A DNA stretch of 64,000 bases from Schizochytrium sp. TIO01 (GCA_004764695.1 SMSO01000032.1:6914483-6978482), one strand, 5' to 3'; shown: positions 31,179-43,657, counted from the first letter of the stretch. Made by a program: numbers and translations. Notes: generated by a model not told the origin, from the sequence alone.

Positions 31179-34007
31179 ATGCTACCAGCAATACACGAAA
31201 AAACAACAAATCGTAAACATGCTCAGAACTATCATACTGCGAGCGCGGGGGACATTCATCTTAAACGAGGGAAGCTTGCGCATGGGACAAGATCGAATCA
31301 AGATTTACATCATCAACAACAACAACAACAACAACATATTCCGCACATTGGTCCCGCTGCAGAGGCAGCCAAGACAAGATGGAATGCAAGTGTGGATCAC
31401 GAGAGTGGAGCGGGCTTTCATGATGCTAAAATCAAATTTATTCATACAATAGAAACAGAAGAATTTGAACGTCATCAACAGAGAGAAGAAGATATTCACA
31501 ACAAACACCTTGGTCTTGCTCCCCTTGATGGAGTTATATCTCCAGAAGTAGAAGAAGTGCAGTTGCCACAACATAATGAGGAGCTTATTAAAGTTATCTC
31601 TCGTGTGCAAGAACTTACACACCATTTCTCCGAGCTCACTGGGGGGATGGATGGCCGAAATGCCCAATTGGCGCGTGTATTAACCAAGCTTCGTGCCCGA
31701 TATGTAAATTGTTTTGAGCAACTCCTTGCAGTCACCTCCAAAATGCAGGCTGCAAAAGAAGCTGACCTAAAACGCAAAACAAGTGATCTCCAGGTACGCG
31801 AGAGAGAAACACAAGTCAGAATTATGACATTAGAAAGTGACCAGCGGGTTTTACGAGCACAAACAGCTGCCACGGAACTAGTCGTAAGAACTCAGAATGA
31901 ACGCATTGAAGAACTTGAAGACGAAGTGTTGCATCTTCGTACACTTTTAAGAGGCGAATCTCAAGACTTGCTAAAGCGCTCTGAGCCACTCATGCTCACT
32001 GACAGTCTCGTTCCAGCTGCAGATCGTTCTACAATAGTAGATTTTACCTCTCCTGGAACCCAAGATGATGTGAGAAAAGAATCAATTGGTGTGGAGCTTT
32101 CTTTAGAGCAGCCATTGCAAGCGCTAGATACGTTAGTAAATACATTCGAGCAGCAAGGAGAGACAAAACAGCTTATTTTGAGCAATATGGAGAAGCTTTT
32201 AGAGGTTGCCGAGGAAAACGCCAAGCGGAATAAAGCTACGGATGCAAAATTCATGGCTGCAAAGTTAAGAGGCAAGGATGTCGAACTAGTGGAAATGCGC
32301 CATGTGGGGACCATGACCAACGACGCGAACACCCTATCCTCACCCAATAATATTCAAGATATTGTCAGTGTTAGCCGAAATGTTCATATCAAAACATTAT
32401 GGTGGAAAGCATTTAATCTTGCACGCTGTCCTCGTTGTAAAGTAGAAGTTCAAAAAGAAGTTACCACAACAGAGCTTCTTGAGCTTGAAAAGCTTAAAAC
32501 GGAGCTTGAGACGGAGACAAAACTACAACGACAGAGAGAAATTGAACGTGTCAAAGCAATTCTGGCACAAAAGAGACAACAATCGCCTAGATCACCGCAA
32601 CATTTAGCAGTGCCCGGGTTGGAGAGCTCAAATGCACAACCGACACAACCAAGTGAGCAGCAGATCGTATCAAGCTCAAATCAGACTGCTTTAGCAGAGG
32701 TAGACAGTAAGAATAGGTCTATGAAAAAGTGCAACAAGCAAAAGAATGCAGAAACTCAGGATATCGGCAGCGTAGAACAACGATTCTCTGTTGACATACT
32801 TGTTCGGGTGATGAACTCCAATAAAAACAACTTTGAGCTACCTTCTGAAGTCGCTCGCTTTCTTGTTAATCTACCACAATCGATCATGGATGGTCCTGTA
32901 CAAACGCTCCCATGGCTCTTAGATCGTATTTCTACTCTTTATGATGAGAAATTAGTTGCAGACCAAGATGATATAGCCGACGGACTTCCCTTGCAAACGC
33001 TTGGCGCATTCACCATCGAGCAGTTCCTTTTCCGTCACGGCCTTCGACGAATTGCGGAAATCCGATTTTTTGAACTTTTACAGTCTGTGCGTGCTCATAT
33101 TAAAAAACATGCACGAGTCAAGGTTTTTGCTCGTTTTCTTGATGCCTATCATTGCAAATCGCCAGAAGACCGAATTCGGAATAACAATATCCTCCAAGTG
33201 TTTCTCCAAGTCCGTGACTGGCTCCTGCGCCCCCAAAGGGTTCAACAAATAGCAAAACTAAATACTGCCCATTTTGAGGAAGATGAGGCAGACTGTATAA
33301 TCCCAGGTCCATTACTTCTCGAAAACGAGGTAGCTGGGGACATCATCGAGCATGAAGAATGTACATATGTACCTTTGGAACGTGCTATTAAATTTCTGCG
33401 CATCGTGTACAGTACTTTTCTACCTCCTCGCAAAGTAAACATGTATTGCCGTGCGGTAGAGAACCTTGCTGCAGTCCACTCAGAATATACTAATGTCAAA
33501 GGTATCCACATCAAGGAAGTCCGTGTCATGAAGGGAGTGACCACTGGTGACCGTACAACAGTGCGAATGCAGGTACGCAATGCGATGCTGCAAAGTTACG
33601 AGGGCAATGAACAGCATGCCCCTCGTAATGCTGCAAAGCGGATTGATCGCGTAGTTGTTGATCTTGATCGTACCATGGAGAGTCTTATTAAAGTTCTTGT
33701 TGCACGTGAACGCCACGTTGGGGAAAAGTTGCGTCAACTTTTCATTCGAGGCGACACAGACGGGGATGGAGTCCTTTCTTTCAAGGAATTCACACTCATT
33801 GTTAAATCTGCAAATGCAAATTTTTCTAGTCGTAAGATCTTACGAATGTTTCGTGAAGCCTCTACTTCGCTTAATACTGCATCTTCATCTTCTGCATCTG
33901 GCTTAGCTTTGACGCCAGAAATCTTTCAGAATGTTTGTCAGGCTTTTGATGTGGTCCCGCTTTTGGATTTCGAGGCCGTTCGTGCCGCTGCTGCTGCGCA
34001 GCCTTAA
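31179..34007 (+). CDS. Coiled-coil + EF-hand protein (TSNAXIP1-like flagellar-type architecture)
   Basis: ~940-aa ORF; EF-hand loop DTDGDGVLSFKEF; block WLLDRISTLYDEK...F..RHGLRRIAE...VKVFARFL; first ATG at 31179. Confidence 0.75.
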   Translation: MLPAIHEKTTNRKHAQNYHTASAGDIHLKRGKLAHGTRSNQDLHHQQQQQQQHIPHIGPAAEAAKTRWNASVDHESGAGFHDAKIKFIHTIETEEFERHQQREEDIHNKHLGLAPLDGVISPEVEEVQLPQHNEELIKVISRVQELTHHFSELTGGMDGRNAQLARVLTKLRARYVNCFEQLLAVTSKMQAAKEADLKRKTSDLQVRERETQVRIMTLESDQRVLRAQTAATELVVRTQNERIEELEDEVLHLRTLLRGESQDLLKRSEPLMLTDSLVPAADRSTIVDFTSPGTQDDVRKESIGVELSLEQPLQALDTLVNTFEQQGETKQLILSNMEKLLEVAEENAKRNKATDAKFMAAKLRGKDVELVEMRHVGTMTNDANTLSSPNNIQDIVSVSRNVHIKTLWWKAFNLARCPRCKVEVQKEVTTTELLELEKLKTELETETKLQRQREIERVKAILAQKRQQSPRSPQHLAVPGLESSNAQPTQPSEQQIVSSSNQTALAEVDSKNRSMKKCNKQKNAETQDIGSVEQRFSVDILVRVMNSNKNNFELPSEVARFLVNLPQSIMDGPVQTLPWLLDRISTLYDEKLVADQDDIADGLPLQTLGAFTIEQFLFRHGLRRIAEIRFFELLQSVRAHIKKHARVKVFARFLDAYHCKSPEDRIRNNNILQVFLQVRDWLLRPQRVQQIAKLNTAHFEEDEADCIIPGPLLLENEVAGDIIEHEECTYVPLERAIKFLRIVYSTFLPPRKVNMYCRAVENLAAVHSEYTNVKGIHIKEVRVMKGVTTGDRTTVRMQVRNAMLQSYEGNEQHAPRNAAKRIDRVVVDLDRTMESLIKVLVARERHVGEKLRQLFIRGDTDGDGVLSFKEFTLIVKSANANFSSRKILRMFREASTSLNTASSSSASGLALTPEIFQNVCQAFDVVPLLDFEAVRAAAAAQP

Positions 34008-35304
34008 TTTTTCATATTTTGTTTATTAGTAAAAGAGATTTGCCTACATTAATTGGAGACTCCCACTTGCACCTCAACAGCGTCATCACCTTTGGCATAA
34101 AGGGCAGATGGTTTGGGGTAAATGCTTGTATTGTATTATTATAATTCTAGATACAAACACCGCCGCACGCGCGGCTTCGAACTCAATTAGGAGGTTTTCC
34201 TCATTTTGTGACCATATCACCTCAACCAAAGCATTTTAGTCACCCACAAAAGATCTTCAAGAATATTTTCAAGATGACAGCATAACGTCAAGCCCTTGCC
34301 TCCAAATGATGTACTTACTTGATTTGTCGCAAACCTTCTGTCGGCTCGCCCTCAAATTAATCAGAAAATGTGTGCTCAAGACAGTGCTCGCTCAACCACG
34401 AAGCCAAAGTTATTACTCAATCTCTTTTTATTTTAATTAAAATAAAATAAATGAGTGAAATTAAAACTTTTAAAGTATTAAAAAACATAATTAAAAATTA
34501 CACTAGGTACTCTATATATAGTTAGTTACCAGTAGTAGGATTTAGAAGTCAAGAACCACATCCGTTCCCGTAACAGGAGCCTTTTAGGATCTACCACAAG
34601 ACTTGGGTACTGCCGCGCAAGAAAGAATCAATGATACAAAATAAAACAATGCGAAGGAAGCACAAGTGGTAAAAGTAAAACTACAACAGAGCCTGATTCT
34701 GACCGTCCCGTGAGAAACAGTAGGCGTGCGAGTCGCCGCAAGGTTCTGACTTTGTGTGTCTTCGCAGGTGTCTAGCTCGAGGAGATCCCCTAGCTAGGAC
34801 CACCCCCTGCTTGTGGTTGATTTAGCAGGGACGTAAGACACCCTGGGTGAGTGAACAAATTAGTCTTGTGCAGGCAGTCAGAGAGATCTGCTTCAATCTT
34901 GGCTACCTATCTGTCCTGTTTCTTCTAAAGCTGCTCTCTTGAGAGAGAACAAAGCATTTTAAGAGGCTCAAGAGAAAGATTGGAGTTTAGATCACTTCAT
35001 TTGGACTTTCTTCACCTTGTGCTGCACTTCTTGTAGAAGTGAGTTTGTCAAAGATACTTTTCACGAGCAAGCTCATAGTTTGGGTAGGCCAAATTGGGAA
35101 TAAGAAAACGTAGGACCCTGAGCTAAAAACGTGTGTTGGCCTTGCTTTCTAAAGAGCTAGTTGGTCAGTTAGATCAATCGTTGACTCGACAAGGTACCTG
35201 TTTGGGTTCCATACCAAAGATAGCCGGAGAAGCGCCGACTCTGCACAGCAGCTCGTGAAGGAAACAGAACACAAAGTTCAGCCCATCAGACACGGCAGTT
35301 CAAA

Positions 35305-37860
35305 ATGGAGAGCCAAATTGATGACGCTATTGTGGCCGCCAGGCCTTTGCCGGCTATGGTTGCACCTTCCCAGGCGTCATTTAGCCCCTGCCGCAAGCAC
35401 TTGGCCTTTCTGTACCCGGACTCTGTGGATAACCTTCTTAAACGTCAGTTGTTCTGTATGGATCTAGACGAGAATGGCAATGCCCAGGGAGCTCCATATA
35501 AGTTGTGGGACCCCGAAGCAAGTGCAGAGGTGAGCGACACTGAGGAGTCCCTCTCCTTGGAGGATAAACTTCGTCGCGAACGCGCACGGCAAATGTCAGT
35601 CGGCATTACTCATTATGCTTGGACGAACGTTCCCCTTGGCCCCTCGCGCATGTTGATTCCCCTCAATGGAAATATCTTCATTAAGGAAATGTCTGCGAAG
35701 CCTCCCCAAGCTGGAGGCCCACGCAAGGTTTTTGACAAGTCTTCTTCGCAAGCTCCTGGTGACAACGCAACCGGTGGTGCTCTCGACCCGCACATGTCCC
35801 CTGATGGCCGGATGGTCGCCTTTGTTCGTGATTCAGAGCTTTATGCTCTCAACGTTGATGCACCAGATGCTGCTCCGATTCGACTTACGTATGACTCGCG
35901 AGGAAATGGCAAAACTAGTGGTCTTGCCGACTTCGTGGCTCAGGAGGAAATGGACCGCTACCATGGTTTCTGGTGGTCCCACGACAGTCGATTTATTGCC
36001 TTTGAGCTCGTGGATGAGTCGCATATTCCTGAGTATCGAATTATGCACCAAGGTAAAGATGAAGTTGGCGCAGAAGCCCAGGAGGATCATCGTTACCCGT
36101 TTGCGGGCAAAGCCAACCCGCATGTGCGACTTGGTGTAGTTCCAGTAGCTGTAAGACCTGGAGACCGCCCACCTGTCAGATGGCTAGATACCAGTCTGAT
36201 TGCAGGTTCAGATGATCCAGACATGTACTTAGCACGAGTTGACTGGCTCCCGGACGGAAGTCTTTCTGCACAGCTTGAAAACCGTGCACAGAACGAGCTC
36301 ATGCTCGTGCGGTATGAAATTGAGAGTGGATGTCGCACGGTTCTGATTCATGAAAAATCTGATACCTGGATCAATCTGCATGACTTGTTCGTGTCCTTTG
36401 AGTCTGCGCGTGGCGAGCAGGAGGTTGGTCTGAGTGGAAAAGGTGCGTCTGGCGATGTAGGTATGCAGAACGCAGACGGAAGCTCTACGGAGGACTCCAC
36501 TGGGTTCTTTTTTGTGTGGGGTTCCGAGTCCGAAACACGTTTTATGAAGCTCTACTTGTATCATCACAACCCCAGTACAGGGGTCACCCAACTGATTCGT
36601 CGTCTTTGTAGTCCAGGACCCTGGATGGTGTCTTCTCTCGTGCAGGTGGACCTTGATCGGGGATTGCTCTATTTTAGTGGTACCAAGGATAGCGTGTTAG
36701 ATCGTCACGTTTATTGCTGTCCTCTTTGGAAGCAAGATGAAGGTGCAGAAGAAACTGCACTCACTACAGCTACGTCAGGTATGCACACGATGGTTCTAGA
36801 TGCAGAAGGTGAATTAGCAGTTTTGACATATCACAACATCGACACTCCTCCAACTACTAGTTTGTATCGCTTGACAGGCACGGTGCAAGACCACGGTTTG
36901 TCTCATATCTACACCATTCATGATGGTATTGAAAGCCCTCTGGTGCGACCTGAATTGGACCGCTTGAAGCCACTCTTGAAGCAGCCAAAGATGATTGAGT
37001 TTCCTTCAACCGACAAAAGGGTTGTACTTTTTGGCGCGTTGTATGTTCCAGATGAAGCCAAGCACGGTAAGGGTCCCTTCCCTATTGTTGTTGCGGTCTA
37101 TGGAGGTCCGCACGTACAAAGGGTAAATAATGGCTGGGATCTTACGGTCGACATGCGAGCGCAACGCCTAGCTGACGTTGGCTATGTGGTTCTCAAGGTC
37201 GACAATCGTGGCAGTTCTGGTCGTGGTTTGGACTTTGAGGGTGCGATAAAGAATGTTATGGGAACCATTGAAGTGGATGACCAGGTAGCTGGTGTAAACT
37301 TTGTTGTTGACTCTGGCATTGGCGATCCATCCAGAGTTGGTATCTATGGTTGGAGCTATGGTGGCTACATGTCTGCGATGTGCTTACTTAAACGTCCAGA
37401 TGTGTTTCACGTGGCAGTGTCCGGGGCACCAGTAACGCATTGGGATGGCTATGATACTCATTATACAGAGCGCTATATGGGTACGCCAGAAACCAACCCG
37501 GAAGGCTACGAAGTAGGTTCTGTCATGAAGTACGTGAAAAATCTGTGTGGAAAGTTGATGCTTGTGCATGGATTGATTGATGAGAATGTCCATTTTCGTC
37601 ACACTGCACGCCTGATCAATGCCCTCATTGCTGTTGGTAAGCCATACGACTTGCTTCTGTTCCCTGATGAGCGTCATTCTCCTCGCCGTCTGCAGGACCG
37701 TATTTATATGGAGAAACGCATCCTTGAATACTTTAACCAGCACCTGTCTTCTCGCTCAAGTGGCGCTGGGGATTTTAGTACAGGACCATCCTCAAGTGTT
37801 GTCAAAGTTCCAGCTGAGGAGAGCAAAATGGAATCATCCACCAAGAAAAAGAAGACATAA
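35305..37860 (+). CDS. Dipeptidyl peptidase IV-like (S9B, DPP8/9-type) serine peptidase
   Basis: QEEM di-Glu motif, YGGPHVQ, catalytic GWSYGG, HGLIDENVHFRHT, FPDERH; no signal peptide. Confidence 0.93.
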   Translation: MESQIDDAIVAARPLPAMVAPSQASFSPCRKHLAFLYPDSVDNLLKRQLFCMDLDENGNAQGAPYKLWDPEASAEVSDTEESLSLEDKLRRERARQMSVGITHYAWTNVPLGPSRMLIPLNGNIFIKEMSAKPPQAGGPRKVFDKSSSQAPGDNATGGALDPHMSPDGRMVAFVRDSELYALNVDAPDAAPIRLTYDSRGNGKTSGLADFVAQEEMDRYHGFWWSHDSRFIAFELVDESHIPEYRIMHQGKDEVGAEAQEDHRYPFAGKANPHVRLGVVPVAVRPGDRPPVRWLDTSLIAGSDDPDMYLARVDWLPDGSLSAQLENRAQNELMLVRYEIESGCRTVLIHEKSDTWINLHDLFVSFESARGEQEVGLSGKGASGDVGMQNADGSSTEDSTGFFFVWGSESETRFMKLYLYHHNPSTGVTQLIRRLCSPGPWMVSSLVQVDLDRGLLYFSGTKDSVLDRHVYCCPLWKQDEGAEETALTTATSGMHTMVLDAEGELAVLTYHNIDTPPTTSLYRLTGTVQDHGLSHIYTIHDGIESPLVRPELDRLKPLLKQPKMIEFPSTDKRVVLFGALYVPDEAKHGKGPFPIVVAVYGGPHVQRVNNGWDLTVDMRAQRLADVGYVVLKVDNRGSSGRGLDFEGAIKNVMGTIEVDDQVAGVNFVVDSGIGDPSRVGIYGWSYGGYMSAMCLLKRPDVFHVAVSGAPVTHWDGYDTHYTERYMGTPETNPEGYEVGSVMKYVKNLCGKLMLVHGLIDENVHFRHTARLINALIAVGKPYDLLLFPDERHSPRRLQDRIYMEKRILEYFNQHLSSRSSGAGDFSTGPSSSVVKVPAEESKMESSTKKKKT

Positions 37861-38610
37861 CTGACCCTTTCACGTGTTCATCATTTCCTGATTTGGGATT
37901 CCTAACTTATATTCTCACGAGGCTGCAAGATTTAACCTTTGCATTTTAAATGCTCTCGCTGTTTGTCTTAAACTCTCATCATCCTTTCAAGTTTGTCATG
38001 GTAAGACATCTTGTTGTTTTAAAAAATCATTTCAATCATGTTCTGCTCTTATTTTAAAGAAGCCTGCAAACTTGTTCTGTTCAATCTGATCAAATGGTTA
38101 AACTTTCTAGCCAAAGTCAGTAGAGGTATTCTCAGCATCGGTGAGCATTTGTCCGGGGATGGTCATGTGTACGCAAGATACAAACTCATAGTCTGATGTA
38201 CATTTTAATTTACCTTTTTTTTCAAAGGCAAGAAAAAATAAGGCATGTAGTTCCATCAGAAGAGAGCAAACAGGCCCAGTACGAATTTGATTCACACGTA
38301 CAAACTATGCATAATATACAGACGGAGATACAAGGGACGAGAAAAGGATGGAATAGTCATGAAGATATTGGATAGAAGCAAATTACAGCAAATTGAGGTA
38401 TAAGGTCGATGATGTTGGAGTAAAGCAAAGGTTGGCTGGCTAACATCGCCAATTAAATGCCTTAGTGTCATATATTCTATGAGTCCGCGCATCTGAAGCC
38501 ACTCAGGAGAGCTCACTTCCAGACGCATACCACACAATATGTCTCAGTCCAACGGCAGAGAGAAGACAAACAAGGCGTGCCTAAGCACCAAAGTTAAAAA
38601 GTGCATGGAT

Positions 38611-40617
38611 TTAGACACGCGCAACAAAGCCAGCTTCTTGCTCAAAGTGAGCAACGTGAGGCTCAAAAGACATGGAATTACTCCGCTTGTTGATCATTGG
38701 CTGTTCAAGAGCATTTGTGGTCTTGGCACGACGTTCACCAGCACCGGTCTTCTTGCTAACACCCACAAAAGTATCAGTGGTGCGAGGATGTTCATCGTCA
38801 CTGCTTCCAGACTGAGAGGGCGTATCAAAGGAGTTGTAAAGGTCTTGATCATCATCGTCATCGTCATAGAGCCCGGCCATGTTCTCCTTCCAGCCGCCCT
38901 CATCAATTGCACGGCGTTCACGCTCGCGGCGACGGCGACGGCGCACGGCAAAGACGAGAATAATAGCAATGATAATCAGAGCAAAAAGAGCGAACAAACC
39001 CATCAACGACCGGTCTTTGCCAGAGTCGTCAGATGCGGTTGCCGAGCCAGAGTCAGGGTCTGTTGCCCGGTCCGTGGAGTCATCAGTAGGAGGGGTAGTA
39101 GGAGGAGCAGTGGTAGGCTGAGCAGTGGTAACAGTGGTGGGCAAAGCAGTGGTAGGGGCCGCGGTAGTAGGGGCCGCGGTGGTAGGGGCCGCGGTTGTGG
39201 GCTGCACAGTAGGAGACACGGTAGGGTCCATGGTTGGGGCAGCAGTCGGTGCGTCGGAGAAAAGGTTCAGGGCCTCTGCAGTTGTGGTGAGCACGAAGAG
39301 CTGAGCCTCGTCGTAGGTGCTTTTACAAGAAGCAAGCTTGACATATGAACCGTTCACGATACCCTCAAGAGTGGCACTGACACTATCGTCACAGGTGTTT
39401 TCACAACCAACATGGTTTGAGTTAGGACGGCATGTATCTTCAGACCAAGGGTCACAGGATGCAACTGTAAGGCAAAGGTCTTTTGATGAAAAGTCACCAA
39501 CTTCGGAATTCGGTGAGTCACCAATGATGATCTTCACGTACTGAGCTGTTGTATTACCATTAGAGATGAAGTGAAACTTCTGCTTATCCTTGTCAGTACT
39601 GGATGCGAGCTCAACATATCCGTAAGTATCGATTGGGCGTGAGTTGAGAGCGCTGAGACGCTTACGAGACTGCATGTAAAGCTTCGACTCGTTTGCTGGA
39701 CGTGTAAGACCAAGCCTGTATTCGTTATCGTGGTCCCAGAGCATTTTGTACTCCTCCATGCCATCAGAATCCTTGAAGTAGTTCTTCACAAGACTCTTCA
39801 GCTGAAGTTTGTCCTTAAGCGCGGGGCGAAGATCGGGGTTGCTTCCGGAGGAGATACCAAGACCGAGCAGAAGCCCATTGTGGTAGCGGTCATTATAAGA
39901 GCTTGCCAAAAGAATCACCTTACGAGTCCACAGATCGGTGTCGGAGGTAGGTGAGCTGGTACCGTAGTAGTAGTCGTCAGTGGTGGGAGCCGGCGCAGAG
40001 GTTGGCGCAAAGCTTTCAACAACGTAGTCCACAAAGCGAAGCTTGGACTCTGCAAGTGAACAGTTGCCAAGGTGAACCTTGCTTGCGTCGCTGATAGCCA
40101 GACATTTCGAGTTGTATTGAAGTTGGTAAGGACCATCCCAGCTGTCGGGAAGACCGTCAACGAGAGTGAATGCAAGAGCTTTGCCGTTGGTATGGTCGAT
40201 GCTGATGTTCATGATGTTGATCTGGTTATGGTACTTGCCACCAATATCAAGGCCTCCGTCCGTGTAGTTGTGCTCAATTTCTACAGTGAGGTTGGTTGTA
40301 TTTCCAGTGAAGTAGACTTTCCAGCCGTATTCCTTATCGAGTTCAGCCTGGGTTGAGCCACCGTCGAGATCAGTTGAATCAATATCTCCTGCGTAGACAG
40401 AGGTCTGCGAAGTTCCCGAGATAGTTTCTGAGGAGGCGTACATGCAAGGTCCAAAACTATCGTCGGAGGAATCGCCGCCGTCGTATCTGCAAATGTAAGT
40501 GAATCGAACAGCATTATCATACTCCGTTGCTGTTGTGGTGGAAACCATGCTTGCAGAAATTGTCGCGAGCAGGGCGACCATTGCAGGTGCTGCTCGAGCC
40601 ATGATGTTATGCACCAT
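38611..40617 (-). CDS. Type I membrane glycoprotein: signal peptide, Cys-containing ricin-B-like repeats, Thr/Pro mucin stalk, TM helix, acidic tail
   Basis: Hydrophobic N-terminus; SKCLAISDASKVHLGNCS, LCLTVASC, YVKLASCKSTYDEAQLF; PTTAA repeats; LFALFALIIIAIILVFAV followed by a poly-Arg stop-transfer. Confidence 0.8.
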   Translation of the reverse strand: MVHNIMARAAPAMVALLATISASMVSTTTATEYDNAVRFTYICRYDGGDSSDDSFGPCMYASSETISGTSQTSVYAGDIDSTDLDGGSTQAELDKEYGWKVYFTGNTTNLTVEIEHNYTDGGLDIGGKYHNQINIMNISIDHTNGKALAFTLVDGLPDSWDGPYQLQYNSKCLAISDASKVHLGNCSLAESKLRFVDYVVESFAPTSAPAPTTDDYYYGTSSPTSDTDLWTRKVILLASSYNDRYHNGLLLGLGISSGSNPDLRPALKDKLQLKSLVKNYFKDSDGMEEYKMLWDHDNEYRLGLTRPANESKLYMQSRKRLSALNSRPIDTYGYVELASSTDKDKQKFHFISNGNTTAQYVKIIIGDSPNSEVGDFSSKDLCLTVASCDPWSEDTCRPNSNHVGCENTCDDSVSATLEGIVNGSYVKLASCKSTYDEAQLFVLTTTAEALNLFSDAPTAAPTMDPTVSPTVQPTTAAPTTAAPTTAAPTTALPTTVTTAQPTTAPPTTPPTDDSTDRATDPDSGSATASDDSGKDRSLMGLFALFALIIIAIILVFAVRRRRRRERERRAIDEGGWKENMAGLYDDDDDDQDLYNSFDTPSQSGSSDDEHPRTTDTFVGVSKKTGAGERRAKTTNALEQPMINKRSNSMSFEPHVAHFEQEAGFVARV

Positions 40618-42174
40618 CTCCGCAACAATGAAATGCCACGATTTCTATAACAGAATAGAACAGAGCGGCGAAGGACTGAATGCACAGTATAGGGAAAAGA
40701 AAAGAGGCGTAGATCTCAAACAGCACCTCTCCAGAGGACCGTCTGACCTACGACTTTACGCCTTCGCTCTCGTCTGCCTCGCACAACGTTGCGGGCAGGC
40801 TAATAAGGCACGATTTACGCGCCGACCGCAGCAGCCGCGACGAGAAGGGCCGACAGCGCTGCCTCTGAGCAAAGGGTTCTGCCGCCTCGATCGCAACAAG
40901 ACCGATGGAGGCGAGGCGGAAGAGGAACTAACTAACTAACTAACCAACTAACTAACTAATTAACTATGGAAAAGAAATGAAAACAAAAAACCAACAAACA
41001 AATAAGACTTTTGAAGATTGAAAAACAATTTAAAACATTAAAAGCATTTATTCATTTGTTCACTTATTCACTTATTCACTTATTTATTTATATATTGCTA
41101 AAGGCTGAGAGAGAGTGTGAGCATGAGGCTACGCTTGGGAAGAAGAAAGGAAAATCGAATAGAAAGGAAAGCAATAGAGCGAACGGAAGAATCCTTACAT
41201 TATTTATTTATTTATTTATTTATTTTATGTGTTTATTTTTGTGTTTATTTATTTGTTATTTCTTTCTTCTCAACTTTATCATAGCTAAACATGCGCTTTC
41301 TATATATGTAAGGCCACCACACCAGATACCCTAAGAAGCTGTTCTTAATTAGCCAGTCACGGCACGGGCCTTATTTTCTCGCTCCTTCCACGGAACTTCT
41401 TTCTTTTCTTCTTCGTTTGCTTCTGCGTGCTTAATCATCGCTCGCGAAGACGACGCGTAGGGCGTTGAGGGTGCCTCGAGGCCGCCTCTGCCTTTGGCGG
41501 GCCGCCTCAAGCTCGCTCATGGTCTCCAGTTTGCAGCGCCCTGACGATCTCTCGCTCTTTCGTCTCTTTCTGAAGAAGAAAGTTTCGCCTTGAAAACTCT
41601 GCCACTCTTGTTTATTTTATTTTTTTAAAAAAATATTATTTCTTATTTTAAAACAAAATTAAACAAAAATAAGCTCGTACACAATTCGTGACTTTTCCTT
41701 CTATCGGTCATGGGAACACTCTTCTCAGAGGTAAGCAGTCGATTCTTTTTTTCAAAGCGATTAAAATACTCAGCAAGCCATCTACTATTCATTCATCCAC
41801 AACGGTAGCATAAGCGCCTTCGTACTATTTCGCATTTTCGCGTGCTTTTGCATGATGAAAGAAGCAGCCATCATGAGTCAGTCTCAGCAATAGTGGCGGC
41901 TCTGGAGCGGATTGGATGAGCCATGGAGCGAGGATCCATCAGCGACGAAGGGACTTCAAGCGAAGAGGAGCTCACTCGCTATACTGCCATACTGCCATAC
42001 AAACAAACAAGCAAACACAGAGAAAGACAGAGAAAGACAGAGAGAGAAAGAGAGAGAAAGAGAAAGAAAGACCCTCTGCCTGTGCTGGTGCTGGGGACAA
42101 GTGCCATCGCTCCTTCTCTCTCTCTCTCTACTTTTCAAGCAGTACACAGAACTGTCATGCGCTTCCAAGAATTC

Positions 42175-42177
42175 TTT

Positions 42178-42226
<49 letters not shown>

Positions 42227-42252
42227 TTTCTTTCTTTCTTTCTCTCTTTCTT
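42175..42252. repeat. (TTTC)n microsatellite
   Basis: Read directly from the sequence. Confidence 0.95.
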
Positions 42253-43420
42253 CTGGAGATGACAGCTTTCTTTCTGCAGATCCTCTCCCTTCGAGCGCTG
42301 CGGATATCTGAGTGCCGCTGCAATCAAATGGGTCTCTGCGAACTCAGAGACGCTTTCATTTAATTCATTCTCTCCATTTCGATGATGCTCAGAGCGGCGA
42401 TTACTGTTATGCCATCATCATCTTTTCTTCGGCGACAGATGAGCTTGATGACCGTAGGCGCCACCTAGGCAGGTGCTAGGCGTGTGGGCTTCCAGCAGAC
42501 GAGACCGGCTGCATGCAAATAGTTATACACAGACCCCCCGGATAATATGGAGCCCCGTCCGGACGAGCGTTCAGCTGATTGTGGGGGGGTCCGGCGCGAG
42601 TTTTTGCGTCTTCGTTTCCATCACGTGACTACTTTCCTCTTTGCAGAAGGAATTAATTCATCGCATATTCGACGAATCGCCCTTCGCTTGCCACGCATTC
42701 GCTGTTTCGCCCATCCGATCCACGCCTCTCCGCACGGCACGGGCCTTCGAAGCGCCTGCCTTAGGTCCCAAAGCCGCGCCGGGCCCGACGCTAGCCAGCT
42801 TCTCGCCGCCCAGCGCCGCCTCGACGTGCGGGAGTGAGGCCTCTTGTCCAACTTCTTCGCCTGCTGAAGCAAGACCAACTCGAATGAAAAGAGTGATTCA
42901 TTCATTCGACTCATTATTCCTCCTCTTGTTTCTATTATGATGCTATTCGTACATTTTAACTTTGATAAGTAAACATAAACATCATATATGTAAATAAATA
43001 AATTACATATGCACCTCCAGCCTGAGGATGACTTGTTCTTTCTTGGCGTTCTTTGCGGATATAGCAGCGGCTACCGGCCACTAGCACCACCGGCGAGGCA
43101 GTGTTCCAATAGCCAGCCACGCTCTGTACCATACTGCTGTGAAGTGAAATCTTTTAAATCTTTTTTCTTTTCTTCTTTCAAGACCGCGCAATGCTTTCTT
43201 TCTCTGCTGTTCGCAACTAACTACCTCTGAGGAGACCCAAGCACAGCCAAAAGGATAGGAGTCAAAGCCTCGCTCACCGCCATGGGGTTAATACGAATGT
43301 GCATTGTGCAGCGCACAAACTTGTAGCAAGCTTAGCCGCTCTGGAGAGGGGCCTCCATCTTTGCTTCTTCCACTCGTGGCCTTTTCATTTAGTAGTCCTG
43401 TAATTAAATATTGGTCGCTC

Positions 43421-43657
43421 ATTCTTTCCTATGGCGTGTGGCGCTGCTTGTTTTTCTATGTGCCAGAATGATTAAATTGAAGTTCAAGGAATGAAGATTG
43501 AATTCTGGAATCAGTGATGGACCCGGCGAACCGGATCCACCACGGTAGCTCCAAGGCTGCCACCAACTGGCACCGCTGCTAAGTCCAGGTTCTCTGACTC
43601 TCCAAGCCAGCTTCTTCAATGCGGTAGAAGACGACGATGGGGACGGAGTTCAAGCGC
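43421..43657 (+). repeat. Dispersed repeat, copy A (inverted relative to 56262-56503)
   Basis: Aligns by eye to the reverse complement of 56262-56503; core TGGCACCGCTGCTAAGTCCAG(G/A)TTCTCTGACTCT(C/T)CAAGC matches 38/40. Confidence 0.9.

Noticed and set aside
38539-39348. 269-aa + strand ORF with Gly/Arg repeats
   Set aside because: Antisense shadow of the PTTAA mucin stalk in the 38611-40617 gene
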